A stretch of 38,147 nucleotides of DNA from a virus (IMGVR_UViG_2651869533_000065:1-38147), one strand, 5' to 3'; counted from the first letter of the stretch, positions 24,733-33,416 are shown. Numbers and translations are program-made. Notes: a model not told the origin generated them from the letters alone.

Positions 24733-24997
24733 CCTTCTTCCCTTCTACTACGCTTATAATCTGATCGATGAAACAACCAAAAGCTTCGTCATCTTCTAAT
24801 TCAGGAAAGTGCTTATACACTTCATAGGGGCAGACTACATTCATCACCTCAGCAGCGGCCATGTAGACAATATCAATAAGCTGATCATCACAGCTTTCAT
24901 CCATCATCTTGTCGGTCATCTTCTCAAACGTTTTGAGCGTCATAAGCGCATCTTCTACAAACTTCTGCGTGTTTGTATGCTCGTGCGGACATTCCAT
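24701..24997 (-). CDS. Strongly acidic early protein, 98 aa
   Basis: ORF with SD AAGGAAG. It is the second gene of the minus-strand early operon and contains many Asp/Glu runs (ELEDDEAF, KKDEDG). Confidence 0.7.
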   Translation of the reverse strand: MECPHEHTNTQKFVEDALMTLKTFEKMTDKMMDESCDDQLIDIVYMAAAEVMNVVCPYEVYKHFPELEDDEAFGCFIDQIISVVEGKKDEDGTQRANS

Positions 24998-25013
24998 ATT
25001 AGTTCACTTCCTT

Positions 25014-25220
25014 TTACGCTACTGGATCGTTTTTTGATACCCATTCATCAACAAAAGCTTTTATTTTTCGAGCTGTCTTCATGGAGCAAGATGTAGGATT
25101 GTTCTTGATGCGTGCTAATGTTTGATAAGCAATTCCTAACTCCTTAGATAGATCCATATACGAAATAAACTCCCGATTCCGTATATCCTCAAGACGCTCT
25201 ATGTATTCTTTTATTGTCAT
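25014..25220 (-). CDS. Cro/XRE-type HTH transcriptional regulator, 68 aa
   Basis: ISYMDLSKELGIAYQTLARIKNN is a canonical HTH. It is the first gene after the divergent promoter region. Confidence 0.8.
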   Translation of the reverse strand: MTIKEYIERLEDIRNREFISYMDLSKELGIAYQTLARIKNNPTSCSMKTARKIKAFVDEWVSKNDPVA

Positions 25221-25261
25221 TATCCTCTTTCGTTTTTAGCTCCTATTTAACTATCATGTAT

Positions 25262-25289
25262 ATTATACCATTATATCATCATTAGTAAA
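25262..25289 (-). promoter_or_regulatory. Early leftward promoter
   Basis: The minus strand reads TTTACT-16 nt-TATAAT (perfect -10), 42 nt upstream of ATG 25220. Confidence 0.55.
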
Positions 25290-25294
25290 TATAG

Positions 25295-25322
25295 TAGACA
25301 AACCTATCTAATCCTTTATACT
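25295..25322 (+). promoter_or_regulatory. Early rightward promoter
   Basis: TAGACA-16 nt-TATACT. Its -35 box is 5 bp from the -35 box of the leftward promoter. TTTAACTAT boxes sit at 25246..25254 and 25323..25331. Confidence 0.5.
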
Positions 25323-25403
25323 TTTAACTATAGAAATCTATGTTAAACCGATTCATAGGGAGCGAGCCATGGAGCTGGATCAAAGAAAACGAATAGGTAG
25401 AGA

Positions 25404-25676
25404 ATGAAGCAGAGCATCAAGGAATTAGCAGGCAATCTGCAAAAGAAGATAGATGAAAGACTTGCGTACTTTGTTAGGTTGGGAGCCAAGCTAAAAGCTC
25501 TAAACCAAGAAGCAGAGGAGATACATAAAGAAATGGCAGATGTAGTTTCAGAACTGGAGCCAGTTGAGTCTTTGGTCTATAATCAAAACCCGCAATTGGT
25601 TCCGTTGTTTGATGAATTGAAGCGTGTTTACTTAAAGGATGATGAAGATGGATTTAATACAGAAGCTAACGAATGA
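25404..25676 (+). CDS. Hypothetical acidic coiled-coil protein, 90 aa
   Basis: ORF. Its ATG overlaps (ATGA) the stop of a 12-codon uORF at 25369..25407 that has its own GGGAG SD. Confidence 0.7.
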   Translation: MKQSIKELAGNLQKKIDERLAYFVRLGAKLKALNQEAEEIHKEMADVVSELEPVESLVYNQNPQLVPLFDELKRVYLKDDEDGFNTEANE

Positions 25677-25950
25677 ATTAGATGCAGAAATGAACCGTGT
25701 GTATACCGAGTATACCGAGTTTCACAAAGAGCTTGATAAGCATCGAGGCCAACCATTGGGAGAAACCAATCTCGATGAGGTAAATAGAATCCTGAAAGAG
25801 ATACAAGAACGGTTTGCGGCTCTTTATCCTGCGTATCACTTCATTGCAGCACGACATCAATATGTATCAAACGCGGTCAACTCTTACAACGAGTTTATAG
25901 AGACCATAAAGAAAGCAGGCGCACAGCAACATGACGAAGTTAAAGCGTGA
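25639..25950 (+). CDS. Hypothetical protein, 103 aa (start may be ATG 25648)
   Basis: ORF. AAGGA lies 8 nt before ATG 25648. Overlaps the upstream gene. Confidence 0.65.
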   Translation: MMKMDLIQKLTNELDAEMNRVYTEYTEFHKELDKHRGQPLGETNLDEVNRILKEIQERFAALYPAYHFIAARHQYVSNAVNSYNEFIETIKKAGAQQHDEVKA

Positions 25951-26530
25951 CAAAACGTCACAGGACCAGGTTCAGTCCGTGACAAAACCTCACGACCTTG
26001 AGCAAGATAAACCAATGACCCTCGAGGACAGAGTAAGATATTTTCCCAACATAGAAGAATGGGGTGAGGGAGAATGGCTTAGCGAAGTAGGAGTTAGCAT
26101 ACCAGTGCTCTATGAATATAAAGGATACGAGTGCTATATGATACGGAGCAGCGTCACTGGATCTTGGTGTGGGTATGTCTCAGTATCTATGGATACCAAA
26201 GAACGACTAGGGGATGATTTTCTTAAGAGTCTCGATGTTCATGGCGGAGTTACCTGGTATGAACCAAGATTACCGACACAAACCAAAGAGCTGGAAAATC
26301 AATTCTGGATAGGGTTTGATTGTTCTCATTATGGTGACCTTATGCCGCGTATGGAAAAAGTTAACCAGATAATACGGGAATCAATGCCAGAATTTAAGGC
26401 CATAGAGGAAAAATACAAAGATATTGTTGGCCATTGGCATAAACCTACCTATAAAAACATGGCATTTGTTCGCAAAGAGATAGAGAGCATGGTAGATACA
26501 ATAGCATTTCATATGGACCTGGGGCTGTAG
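25931..26530 (+). CDS. Hypothetical protein, 199 aa (HGGVTW ... WIGFDCSHYGD motif)
   Basis: ORF. The motif pair resembles a widespread uncharacterised phage protein family I recall but cannot name. Confidence 0.7.
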   Translation: MTKLKRDKTSQDQVQSVTKPHDLEQDKPMTLEDRVRYFPNIEEWGEGEWLSEVGVSIPVLYEYKGYECYMIRSSVTGSWCGYVSVSMDTKERLGDDFLKSLDVHGGVTWYEPRLPTQTKELENQFWIGFDCSHYGDLMPRMEKVNQIIRESMPEFKAIEEKYKDIVGHWHKPTYKNMAFVRKEIESMVDTIAFHMDLGL

Positions 26531-26920
26531 ATGGAGTATTTAACGATCATACAATTAGCCAACCAACTCATACTGCTATTTCTAGCTTTTGTTTGGTGGG
26601 ACATGTACCGCATGAAAACAAAACAGTGCTCTAGGGTCCATAAATTATGCACTACATTAAATGACCAGAATCTAGAACTACGAAAACAGAATGCTGATCT
26701 GGTTCTTGAGTTGGCTGTAGTAAAGAAGATCTATGAAGGATGTCGTGATGCCGAACGAGACACAGGCGTAAAGGTTGATTTCGACGGGAATATTCAAATC
26801 ACACGAGTCGCCGAAACGAGCCAAGAAGCTACAGCCCAAATAGACGAGATAAATAGAATAATAAATGAGCGAATAAAAAAGGAAGTTAATGAGACCACTG
26901 CTAGAACCGGGGAACTATAA
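26531..26920 (+). CDS. Type-II membrane coiled-coil protein, 129 aa
   Basis: N-terminal TM segment (IIQLANQLILLFLAFVWW) followed by coiled coil. The topology is i-spanin-like, but the gene sits in an early-type operon. Confidence 0.6.
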   Translation: MEYLTIIQLANQLILLFLAFVWWDMYRMKTKQCSRVHKLCTTLNDQNLELRKQNADLVLELAVVKKIYEGCRDAERDTGVKVDFDGNIQITRVAETSQEATAQIDEINRIINERIKKEVNETTARTGEL

Positions 26921-27383
26921 TTTTACCTACAACCAAGAATATTTATTAACGAAGCTCTTCTCTTTAGATATTTATGCCAATCTCTTTTGGGGATTTTGGT
27001 TTGCTGTTTTTCTCGGAATAGCCGTCTATGTTGTTATAAAAATAATACGCAACAAAAATCTTCAAGAGAAAGAGGAACGGCAAGAAAAGCAGAACTATCT
27101 CAAGCAACAAGAACAAGAGAAAGTAGAGCGCTTCAAACAACAAGAAAAGGATGAAGTATTTTCTCAATTCCATGAAATATGTCGCCTTATGTATGAAGAT
27201 CTCCACGTATTCAAGCGTCCACAGAAAATGGTTAGACAGATGTATTACCATGAACTGAAAGACTTGATACAGAAGATGTCTAGAATGGAAGCATACATGC
27301 GCAAAAACTATAAACATTTGATTCCAGACTACGAATTCTATCGAGACAAATTTATAGAGGAAGAGAAAAATGGAATTGAGTAA
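26889..27383 (+). CDS. Membrane coiled-coil protein, 164 aa
   Basis: TM segment LFWGFWFAVFLGIAVYVVIKII followed by a Gln/Glu/Lys-rich helix. Overlaps the upstream gene by 32 nt. Confidence 0.6.
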   Translation: MRPLLEPGNYNFTYNQEYLLTKLFSLDIYANLFWGFWFAVFLGIAVYVVIKIIRNKNLQEKEERQEKQNYLKQQEQEKVERFKQQEKDEVFSQFHEICRLMYEDLHVFKRPQKMVRQMYYHELKDLIQKMSRMEAYMRKNYKHLIPDYEFYRDKFIEEEKNGIE

Positions 27384-28047
27384 TATTTACCGATCGTCGG
27401 AGATCAACCAGATCATGGGAGCACTGTCGAAGGCGCAGGGAAGCTATAAGCCCCTTGTGGCCAACCAGGATGCCACAGGAGGAAGGTTTGCTAATCTTCA
27501 AGCAATCTTATTAGCCGTACGAGAATCGTTGGCTACAAACGGTCTAGGCTTCTTCCAATTCATAGAACTGCTTGATGAAGGATCGGGTGCTGCACTTTTA
27601 AAGACAACCATCGGTCATGAGTCGGGTCAATACATAACTTCCTGTGCTCGTGTGGTTGCTGGCAAGACCGAACGCCAGACAGGCAATATCTACGAAATCC
27701 ACAAACGTTTACATGCTTTGATGCTCTTGGGCATAGCACCTTCTGACAATGACCCTATTGCCTTTGATGATAATGGTGAAATACTAGCCGAACAACATCT
27801 GATATCTCAGTTGCGCAAGCCAGACTCTCCAGCAAGAGAAGAGATAGATAGAACCGACGTTATAAATAAGACTCAGTATCAGGAACTTTTGATTGAGCTT
27901 GATGGGTTTGAGAAGATCGCCAAAGACATTATGGACTCTCATGGCATTACTACGTTAGCTGATTTACCAGCCGGTGAGTACCACAGAGCCCGTGCTAAAA
28001 TATTGAGAATCAAGAAAATTGAATCTGAGTATCAAAGAAAGAATTAA
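27370..28047 (+). CDS. Second ERF-like single-strand annealing protein, 225 aa
   Basis: GRFANLQAILLAVRESLATNGLGFF...HESGQYI...IYEIHKRLHALMLLGIAPSDND parallels the ERF core. Its C-terminal part has the same layout as 23787..24407. Confidence 0.55.
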   Translation: MELSNIYRSSEINQIMGALSKAQGSYKPLVANQDATGGRFANLQAILLAVRESLATNGLGFFQFIELLDEGSGAALLKTTIGHESGQYITSCARVVAGKTERQTGNIYEIHKRLHALMLLGIAPSDNDPIAFDDNGEILAEQHLISQLRKPDSPAREEIDRTDVINKTQYQELLIELDGFEKIAKDIMDSHGITTLADLPAGEYHRARAKILRIKKIESEYQRKN

Positions 28048-28280
28048 TGAACAAGGGGAGCGCTATGTCAGTGTCCAAGAAGAAAGCAGTTAAACAATCT
28101 ACCTTGGTCAAACGGCCTAGTACTATATGTCGGCGTAGCGCTCCTCATATCTATGATCAAGCCCCTCAGGGCACCAATTGCATAGTAAACAACAAAGAAC
28201 TTTACATTCAGACATCTCCGGACGAAAATAATCCTTGTTGGGTGTTGATGGGTGATTATAAACCGTCGGCAACGTTGTAG
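28047..28280 (+). CDS. Hypothetical basic protein, 77 aa
   Basis: ORF with a TAATG overlap with the upstream gene. Confidence 0.6.
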   Translation: MNKGSAMSVSKKKAVKQSTLVKRPSTICRRSAPHIYDQAPQGTNCIVNNKELYIQTSPDENNPCWVLMGDYKPSATL

Positions 28281-28310
28281 CAGAAAGGCCTAAAATGAAA
28301 GGACTGATCT

Positions 28311-28586
28311 ATGAAGTTCTTGTTGTTTTCTCTGTCATTGCCGTTTTTCTGCTTTTGTTCGGACAAATCAGATCGGCTACCTGACGTAAATCATGATAAT
28401 GTCACTAACAATATAACCATCACAAACAACTCTCCCGCTCCTTCGCCAAGACCTGTGCGCATATTACATGCTGGGCCAAAGCATCCTAAAGTTGAAGCTG
28501 CTCATCAAGAAATACTGAGGCAACAAGACGATGATTTTGTCACGTGTTGCTGTTTCTTTAAGATGAAAAAGCTTCCATTACATTGA
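28311..28586 (+). CDS. Small exported or membrane protein, 91 aa
   Basis: Signal-like MKFLLFSLSLPFFCFCS with a non-canonical lipobox. C-terminal CCCFF. It is the last gene of the rightward operon. Confidence 0.55.
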   Translation: MKFLLFSLSLPFFCFCSDKSDRLPDVNHDNVTNNITITNNSPAPSPRPVRILHAGPKHPKVEAAHQEILRQQDDDFVTCCCFFKMKKLPLH

Positions 28587-28651
28587 AAATCCCGCCCACC
28601 ACGGTCTGCATACCAAGGTGAACGGGAAAAAAGAAGAGAGTAGCATGAAGC

Positions 28652-31003
28652 CTAAGTTAATTTACTCTCAAGTTCAGCAACTCTCGCAGCCAACTTCTTG
28701 AGTTCGTTCAGCAACAATACAGGTAATTCATGATATTTAACAGTCTCTGGTAGACCTTCTTTATCATGCACCACAAGTTCAGGGAACACTGCATCCACTT
28801 CTTCGGCAATAAGACCTAACTGTTGTTTATAGTTTTGATCTTCCTTCCAAGAGAAAGTGACTGGTTCAAGCTTCATCAAACGATCAGAGACAGAACCCAT
28901 AGGTTGTATAGAGGTTTTATATCTCATAGAAGAAGAGACTGTGCCCAATTGACCAGCCGAGTCTATCAGTACAGCAATCGCATCTGCTACGCCTGTTGTT
29001 CGTCCTCTAATACCTTCTATAAAGCATCGAGTTTGAGGCGTTCCAATACCAGATTTTGCGCCAATACGGGTAGTGTTATTGTCACCTACAACACCAGTAC
29101 CATAACCAATAGCTATATTATTAGAATCACTGGTCCGCCAGTCCGTACCTGCGGTATAGCCAATTGCAACGTTGTTGCTACCAGAAGTAATACCATTGCC
29201 GGCGCCAATGTTTGAACCTGTACCATGACCCAGCAATACGTTTCCGTCCCCGGAAGTAATGTAAAGCCCAGCCACGCCACCAATTGCTACATTATGAGGC
29301 CCCGTGGTTATTGCCTGAAGCGGGCCAGCACCGATACCGATATTGCCAAAATATGCAGGGGCAGTCAGAGTTCTGTTACCAGCGTCAGGACCTATAAATA
29401 GGTTAGCGCCATTTGCAGATGACCCACCTGGATAGTTGTGCATATCAAAACCGGTAAAGCCAGTTCCATTAGATGCAATATGTACTGCAAAGAAGTTATT
29501 GAGACCAGCAACACCAGGGTCATTGATCAAAATATTACCTGTTTCTGAACCTGTAAGATTATTTCCAGCATCAGCCCCAATGACTATATTTTCAGAACCA
29601 GATCCTACCATTGCAGAAAATGATCGGGTACCTAGGACCGTATTGTCCGTACCCGACATAGATAAATTGCCAGAAGCCTTACCGATAATTGTGTTTCCAT
29701 CTGAGTCAGTCACATCGAGTTGAATCGTATTAGAAGATCCTGGAGCCGATATAACAACCGAAGAGCCACATCCAAGTGATGCGTTTTGAGCTTTGACATT
29801 AACCACACCGCTAAGGTTAGGCGTTGCCGTTCCCGCATCGGTTGGAAATGTCTCTGCCCCAGATATAAATGACGCTGCAGGGTCTATTCTAAATCCTGAG
29901 AAATAGGTGACGATTGGAGAGGAAGGCATTGCTCCAGCGATACCAACCGTTTTGGCATCGCTACCACCTCCAATACTGACCTGTAATCGCGCTGTATCGC
30001 CAGATGACATTTGAGTATTAAGGGATACCTGCACAGTAAGAATATTATCGCCATTCTTAACGTTGACAGCCTTTTTAAGATCGGTTTCAAATCCCAGCGT
30101 AGTAGTGGTTATCAAGATATCACTAAACACTTGGTCAGTTATGTTATAAAGACTGACATACGCGTCGAAATGATAGATACCATCTGAAGGAGCTGTAAAG
30201 GTCCCAGTGGCATTATTGTAATCAGACGAGATGTCGTACAATTCAGTATCGCATATAACAAATGGAAAGCTGCCATCACCAGTAGAGTTAGGTGCATTTA
30301 CCGATTGATATGCCGCAAAACTACACAAAGGGACGGGAGTTCCTGCTGCAGAAATCGTCACCGTATGACCTGAAGCCGATACTGATATCCCACTTGATCC
30401 TGCAAACGTAAGAGCGCCTGCCACTGGTATAGCGGTGCCCGTTGCAGGATTGGTTATGAAACTCGAAGCAATGTCTGCTGATGGGGTTATAGTTAGAGTA
30501 GAGGTTCCTGGATTACCCGCAACAGAAATAACTCCTGTGCCAACGACATTAATATTACCCGCCGTAGGGGCCACAGCGCCTCCAGAATTGCCGGTAAGCG
30601 TTTCGACTGAAGGTGTACCCGGGATTGCAGAAACGGTGAGCGTATTCGATCCTGGATTGCCTACGATATCTATCGTGGTGCCATCGCCAACTACATTGAT
30701 ATTCGAATTCACGTCAGGAAATACGGGACCCCCTGAGTTTCCTGTAAGCGTCTCTAGGTCTCCAACGCCTAGCTGAACCCAATCGGCAAGAACTCCTTTT
30801 GATTGAGAATTACCAGCAAGGGATACGAGAACCCACACGCGTTTTATATCTTGAGCGCTACTATCCAGCCATAAGTCACCAATAGATACATTCTGTGTAT
30901 CATACTGTGTTGGTGGTCTATCATTAAATGTCCAATTTGGTGGTTGATTCGCATTGGTACCGGTATACGAGGTGCCTTGCTTGCCACCTAATCTATTGCT
31001 CAT
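28652..31003 (-). CDS. Tail fibre with internal C1q-like domain and C-terminal S74-type intramolecular chaperone domain, 783 aa
   Basis: The C-terminus SSMRYKTSI...LEPVTFSWK...LGLIAEEVDAVFPELV...YHELPVLLLNELKKL is the auto-cleaving chaperone signature. The middle part TGTFTAPSDGIYHF...TYFSGFRI is C1q-like. It also has Gly/Asn-rich beta-helix-type repeats. Confidence 0.85.
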   Translation of the reverse strand: MSNRLGGKQGTSYTGTNANQPPNWTFNDRPPTQYDTQNVSIGDLWLDSSAQDIKRVWVLVSLAGNSQSKGVLADWVQLGVGDLETLTGNSGGPVFPDVNSNINVVGDGTTIDIVGNPGSNTLTVSAIPGTPSVETLTGNSGGAVAPTAGNINVVGTGVISVAGNPGTSTLTITPSADIASSFITNPATGTAIPVAGALTFAGSSGISVSASGHTVTISAAGTPVPLCSFAAYQSVNAPNSTGDGSFPFVICDTELYDISSDYNNATGTFTAPSDGIYHFDAYVSLYNITDQVFSDILITTTTLGFETDLKKAVNVKNGDNILTVQVSLNTQMSSGDTARLQVSIGGGSDAKTVGIAGAMPSSPIVTYFSGFRIDPAASFISGAETFPTDAGTATPNLSGVVNVKAQNASLGCGSSVVISAPGSSNTIQLDVTDSDGNTIIGKASGNLSMSGTDNTVLGTRSFSAMVGSGSENIVIGADAGNNLTGSETGNILINDPGVAGLNNFFAVHIASNGTGFTGFDMHNYPGGSSANGANLFIGPDAGNRTLTAPAYFGNIGIGAGPLQAITTGPHNVAIGGVAGLYITSGDGNVLLGHGTGSNIGAGNGITSGSNNVAIGYTAGTDWRTSDSNNIAIGYGTGVVGDNNTTRIGAKSGIGTPQTRCFIEGIRGRTTGVADAIAVLIDSAGQLGTVSSSMRYKTSIQPMGSVSDRLMKLEPVTFSWKEDQNYKQQLGLIAEEVDAVFPELVVHDKEGLPETVKYHELPVLLLNELKKLAARVAELESKLT

Positions 31004-31012
31004 TACTACTCC

Positions 31013-33052
31013 TTAACAGACTAGATATCCTGAAAATTGACTAAAGTATTGACCACCATCTGCACCCAATATCCCCACGGTCTTAGTACCTCCATCCACT
31101 TCAATATTCATAGATAGAGCGGTTCCCGCTGTCACATATGTAGTAAGGCTGCCCGATAAGGTTGTAAGCCCACCAAATGCACTAAGAGAGAATGGGTTGG
31201 CTATTATAAATGTTGCAGGTAATGCAAGACCGCGCATAAGGAAATTAGCCGATGTATGAGCTGCTCCCACATTTGACAAGGTTATTGCGCATTGGAAATT
31301 ATAGACACCAGATACGGGCGCCGTAAAGATACCAGTCCCCGTATTGTAACTACTGGCTTGATTAAAAAATACCGAATCGAATACTATAGGGAAATATTGA
31401 GTGTTATCCCCTGTCACATTAGAAAGACTCGTATTGAGATAGGCTCCGAATGCAGGCTGAGTAGTATTCTGCAAGTATCCTGAACTGCTTATGGTTACAC
31501 TAGAATTATCAAAAAGAGCAGAACCAGTAGTACCATCCCATGTCGAAATAGCACGGTCTGTAGAAGATCCTGGCCCTGTTACGCCACCACCACCGCCGCT
31601 GCTTATAGGACCAAGCAAATATCCAGAAAACGATGTCGCATAGCCACCGGTATCAGTGATACCTAACAGATCTATACTGTCGCTCGCTCCAAAGAATACA
31701 CGGATAGCACATTTAGCTGTTTGACCAGCGGTTAACTCGACTATGTTGGTATAGGCTCTTAGAAACCAATTATTAGCCTGAAAGCCCTGCAGGTAAGGGT
31801 TGTAGCTTTCATTTTGAAACGTACCAGCTGAAGTTCTGAGCTGAGTATTGCCTGAAATCATTGCAGGATCTGTTCCCTGCATCCAAAACGAATAGGTGAA
31901 AGAATATGTTCCATCAACCGGAGCTGTAAATGTATCAACAGAGAAACCGCCACCATCATTGAATTCCACGGTGTCAAAAGCAATGACATAGTCAGTACCC
32001 GCACCTGTGACGTTATTAGAAGTTGCAGTTAATGTGGCAAAGAATGCTACAGGACTATTGTTACTGGCTGCTATTGTTATTGTATTAGCTCCGGGAGTGA
32101 TGGATATCCCTGAACCGGCAGTTAGTACTGCAGTGCCTAATTGATCGCCAGATTCAGTCACTACCGTCGCTACCGAACCAACATTGACCCCATCAATACC
32201 TGCTATATAGGTAGATGTTTGATGAATATTACTACCTATACGTATAACTCCTGACTCCCCTATGACCCCATCATTGGCTATAGCAATATTGAAAGACTCA
32301 TTGCCATTGTAATTACCGCCACCATTGAAACCTATACCGATATTAAAATCTCCGGTCGCTACGCTTTGCAACGCTTGGCATCCTAAAGCAGTATTACCTC
32401 CCGCTCCTGCGACTTCACCTGCCAACGCAAATGCACCAACCCCTGTTGAGTTAGCGCCATCTACATGTTGAAATCCGGCATATGCCCCAATAAAAGTACA
32501 GCTTGAAGCATTTGTTAATGACTCGCCCGCATTTTTGCCATAACCAACGTTGAAATCTCCTACTAGTGATGTTGCATTTGAACCGAGCAACAAATTGTCC
32601 GTTAAGCCAAAATCTAATGTTATAGTCCCCGCAGAGCCCGCAAATACAGGTGTTGAATTAGCAGTAACAAGATCTATATCTCCTGTTTGAGCTGGTCCGG
32701 TATTGCCAGTAATCGACGTAACGCCACCTGGAGAACTCGTAATAGTAACGGTATGGCCAGAAGCTGATACAGTTGTTCCTCCGGCTCCTGCAAAAGTAAG
32801 AACACCCGCTACAGGAGTGGCTGTTCCTGTTGCTGGATTAGTTATGAAACTATCGGCAACTGCGCCAGTAGTTGATACTGTTAATGTATGAGTTCCGGCA
32901 TTGCCAGCTACCTCTATCGTAGTTCCATCGCCAACCACATGAATATTGTTTGAGCCGTCAGGTCCGACAGGTCCCCCTGTGTTTCCCTGAATCGTCTCTA
33001 CAACCGATCCTGGTGCAAATGTGTTGCGATTTAGTATTCCCGCTTGAGACAT
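31013..33052 (-). CDS. Tail fibre with two tandem C-terminal C1q/TNF-like head domains, 679 aa
   Basis: IVFDSVFFNQASSYNTGTGIFTAPVSGVYNF matches the C1q PROSITE-type pattern F-x5-N-x4-Y-x6-F-x5-G-x-Y-x-F. Both domains end in FSGYL. The N-terminal modules are shared with 28652..31003. Confidence 0.8.
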   Translation of the reverse strand: MSQAGILNRNTFAPGSVVETIQGNTGGPVGPDGSNNIHVVGDGTTIEVAGNAGTHTLTVSTTGAVADSFITNPATGTATPVAGVLTFAGAGGTTVSASGHTVTITSSPGGVTSITGNTGPAQTGDIDLVTANSTPVFAGSAGTITLDFGLTDNLLLGSNATSLVGDFNVGYGKNAGESLTNASSCTFIGAYAGFQHVDGANSTGVGAFALAGEVAGAGGNTALGCQALQSVATGDFNIGIGFNGGGNYNGNESFNIAIANDGVIGESGVIRIGSNIHQTSTYIAGIDGVNVGSVATVVTESGDQLGTAVLTAGSGISITPGANTITIAASNNSPVAFFATLTATSNNVTGAGTDYVIAFDTVEFNDGGGFSVDTFTAPVDGTYSFTYSFWMQGTDPAMISGNTQLRTSAGTFQNESYNPYLQGFQANNWFLRAYTNIVELTAGQTAKCAIRVFFGASDSIDLLGITDTGGYATSFSGYLLGPISSGGGGGVTGPGSSTDRAISTWDGTTGSALFDNSSVTISSSGYLQNTTQPAFGAYLNTSLSNVTGDNTQYFPIVFDSVFFNQASSYNTGTGIFTAPVSGVYNFQCAITLSNVGAAHTSANFLMRGLALPATFIIANPFSLSAFGGLTTLSGSLTTYVTAGTALSMNIEVDGGTKTVGILGADGGQYFSQFSGYLVC

Positions 33053-33062
33053 GAATTACTCC

Positions 33063-33416
33063 TTATACCTGTGAGGCATAAACTATGGTGACATAGAGAT
33101 TGCCTTCAGTAGGATTACTGCTTTCTGATTTAACATATATGCGATCTCCTTGTGGTTGCTCAAGAAGACCTGCCGTGCTTGATTTATTAGAGGCGTAGTC
33201 GTACAAAAAGAAACCATTAGCCGATACTACGTCGTGATTATCAATGCCATTAAGCGAAACAAGAATGTTGGCATCGGTGAAATTAGATACTTTTAATATT
33301 CTTACAGGGTTACTGAAGGGCAAACCGACACTAGCATAGGTGCCTGATATTCCACCAAATGCTATGCTGCGCAAAGGCTCGTAGCGTACCCGAACCGAAC
33401 TAACTAAATTAGCCAT
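33063..33416 (-). CDS. Small beta-rich protein, 117 aa (paralogue of 33426..33752)
   Basis: ORF between fibre genes. The segments GTYASVG..FSNPVRILKV.N....ILVSLNGIDNHD align with its neighbour. Confidence 0.7.
   Translation of the reverse strand: MANLVSSVRVRYEPLRSIAFGGISGTYASVGLPFSNPVRILKVSNFTDANILVSLNGIDNHDVVSANGFFLYDYASNKSSTAGLLEQPQGDRIYVKSESSNPTEGNLYVTIVYASQV

Noticed and set aside
25014-25220. CI-type lysogeny repressor, and a lysogeny module in general
   Set aside because: The protein is only 68 aa with a single HTH and no C-terminal oligomerisation or peptidase domain, so it is Cro-like. No integrase, excisionase or partition gene was found anywhere in the genome.
28652-33052. Diversity-generating retroelement targeting the fibre tips
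   Set aside because: No reverse transcriptase gene is present, and I found no non-coding template-repeat copy of any fibre C-terminus.
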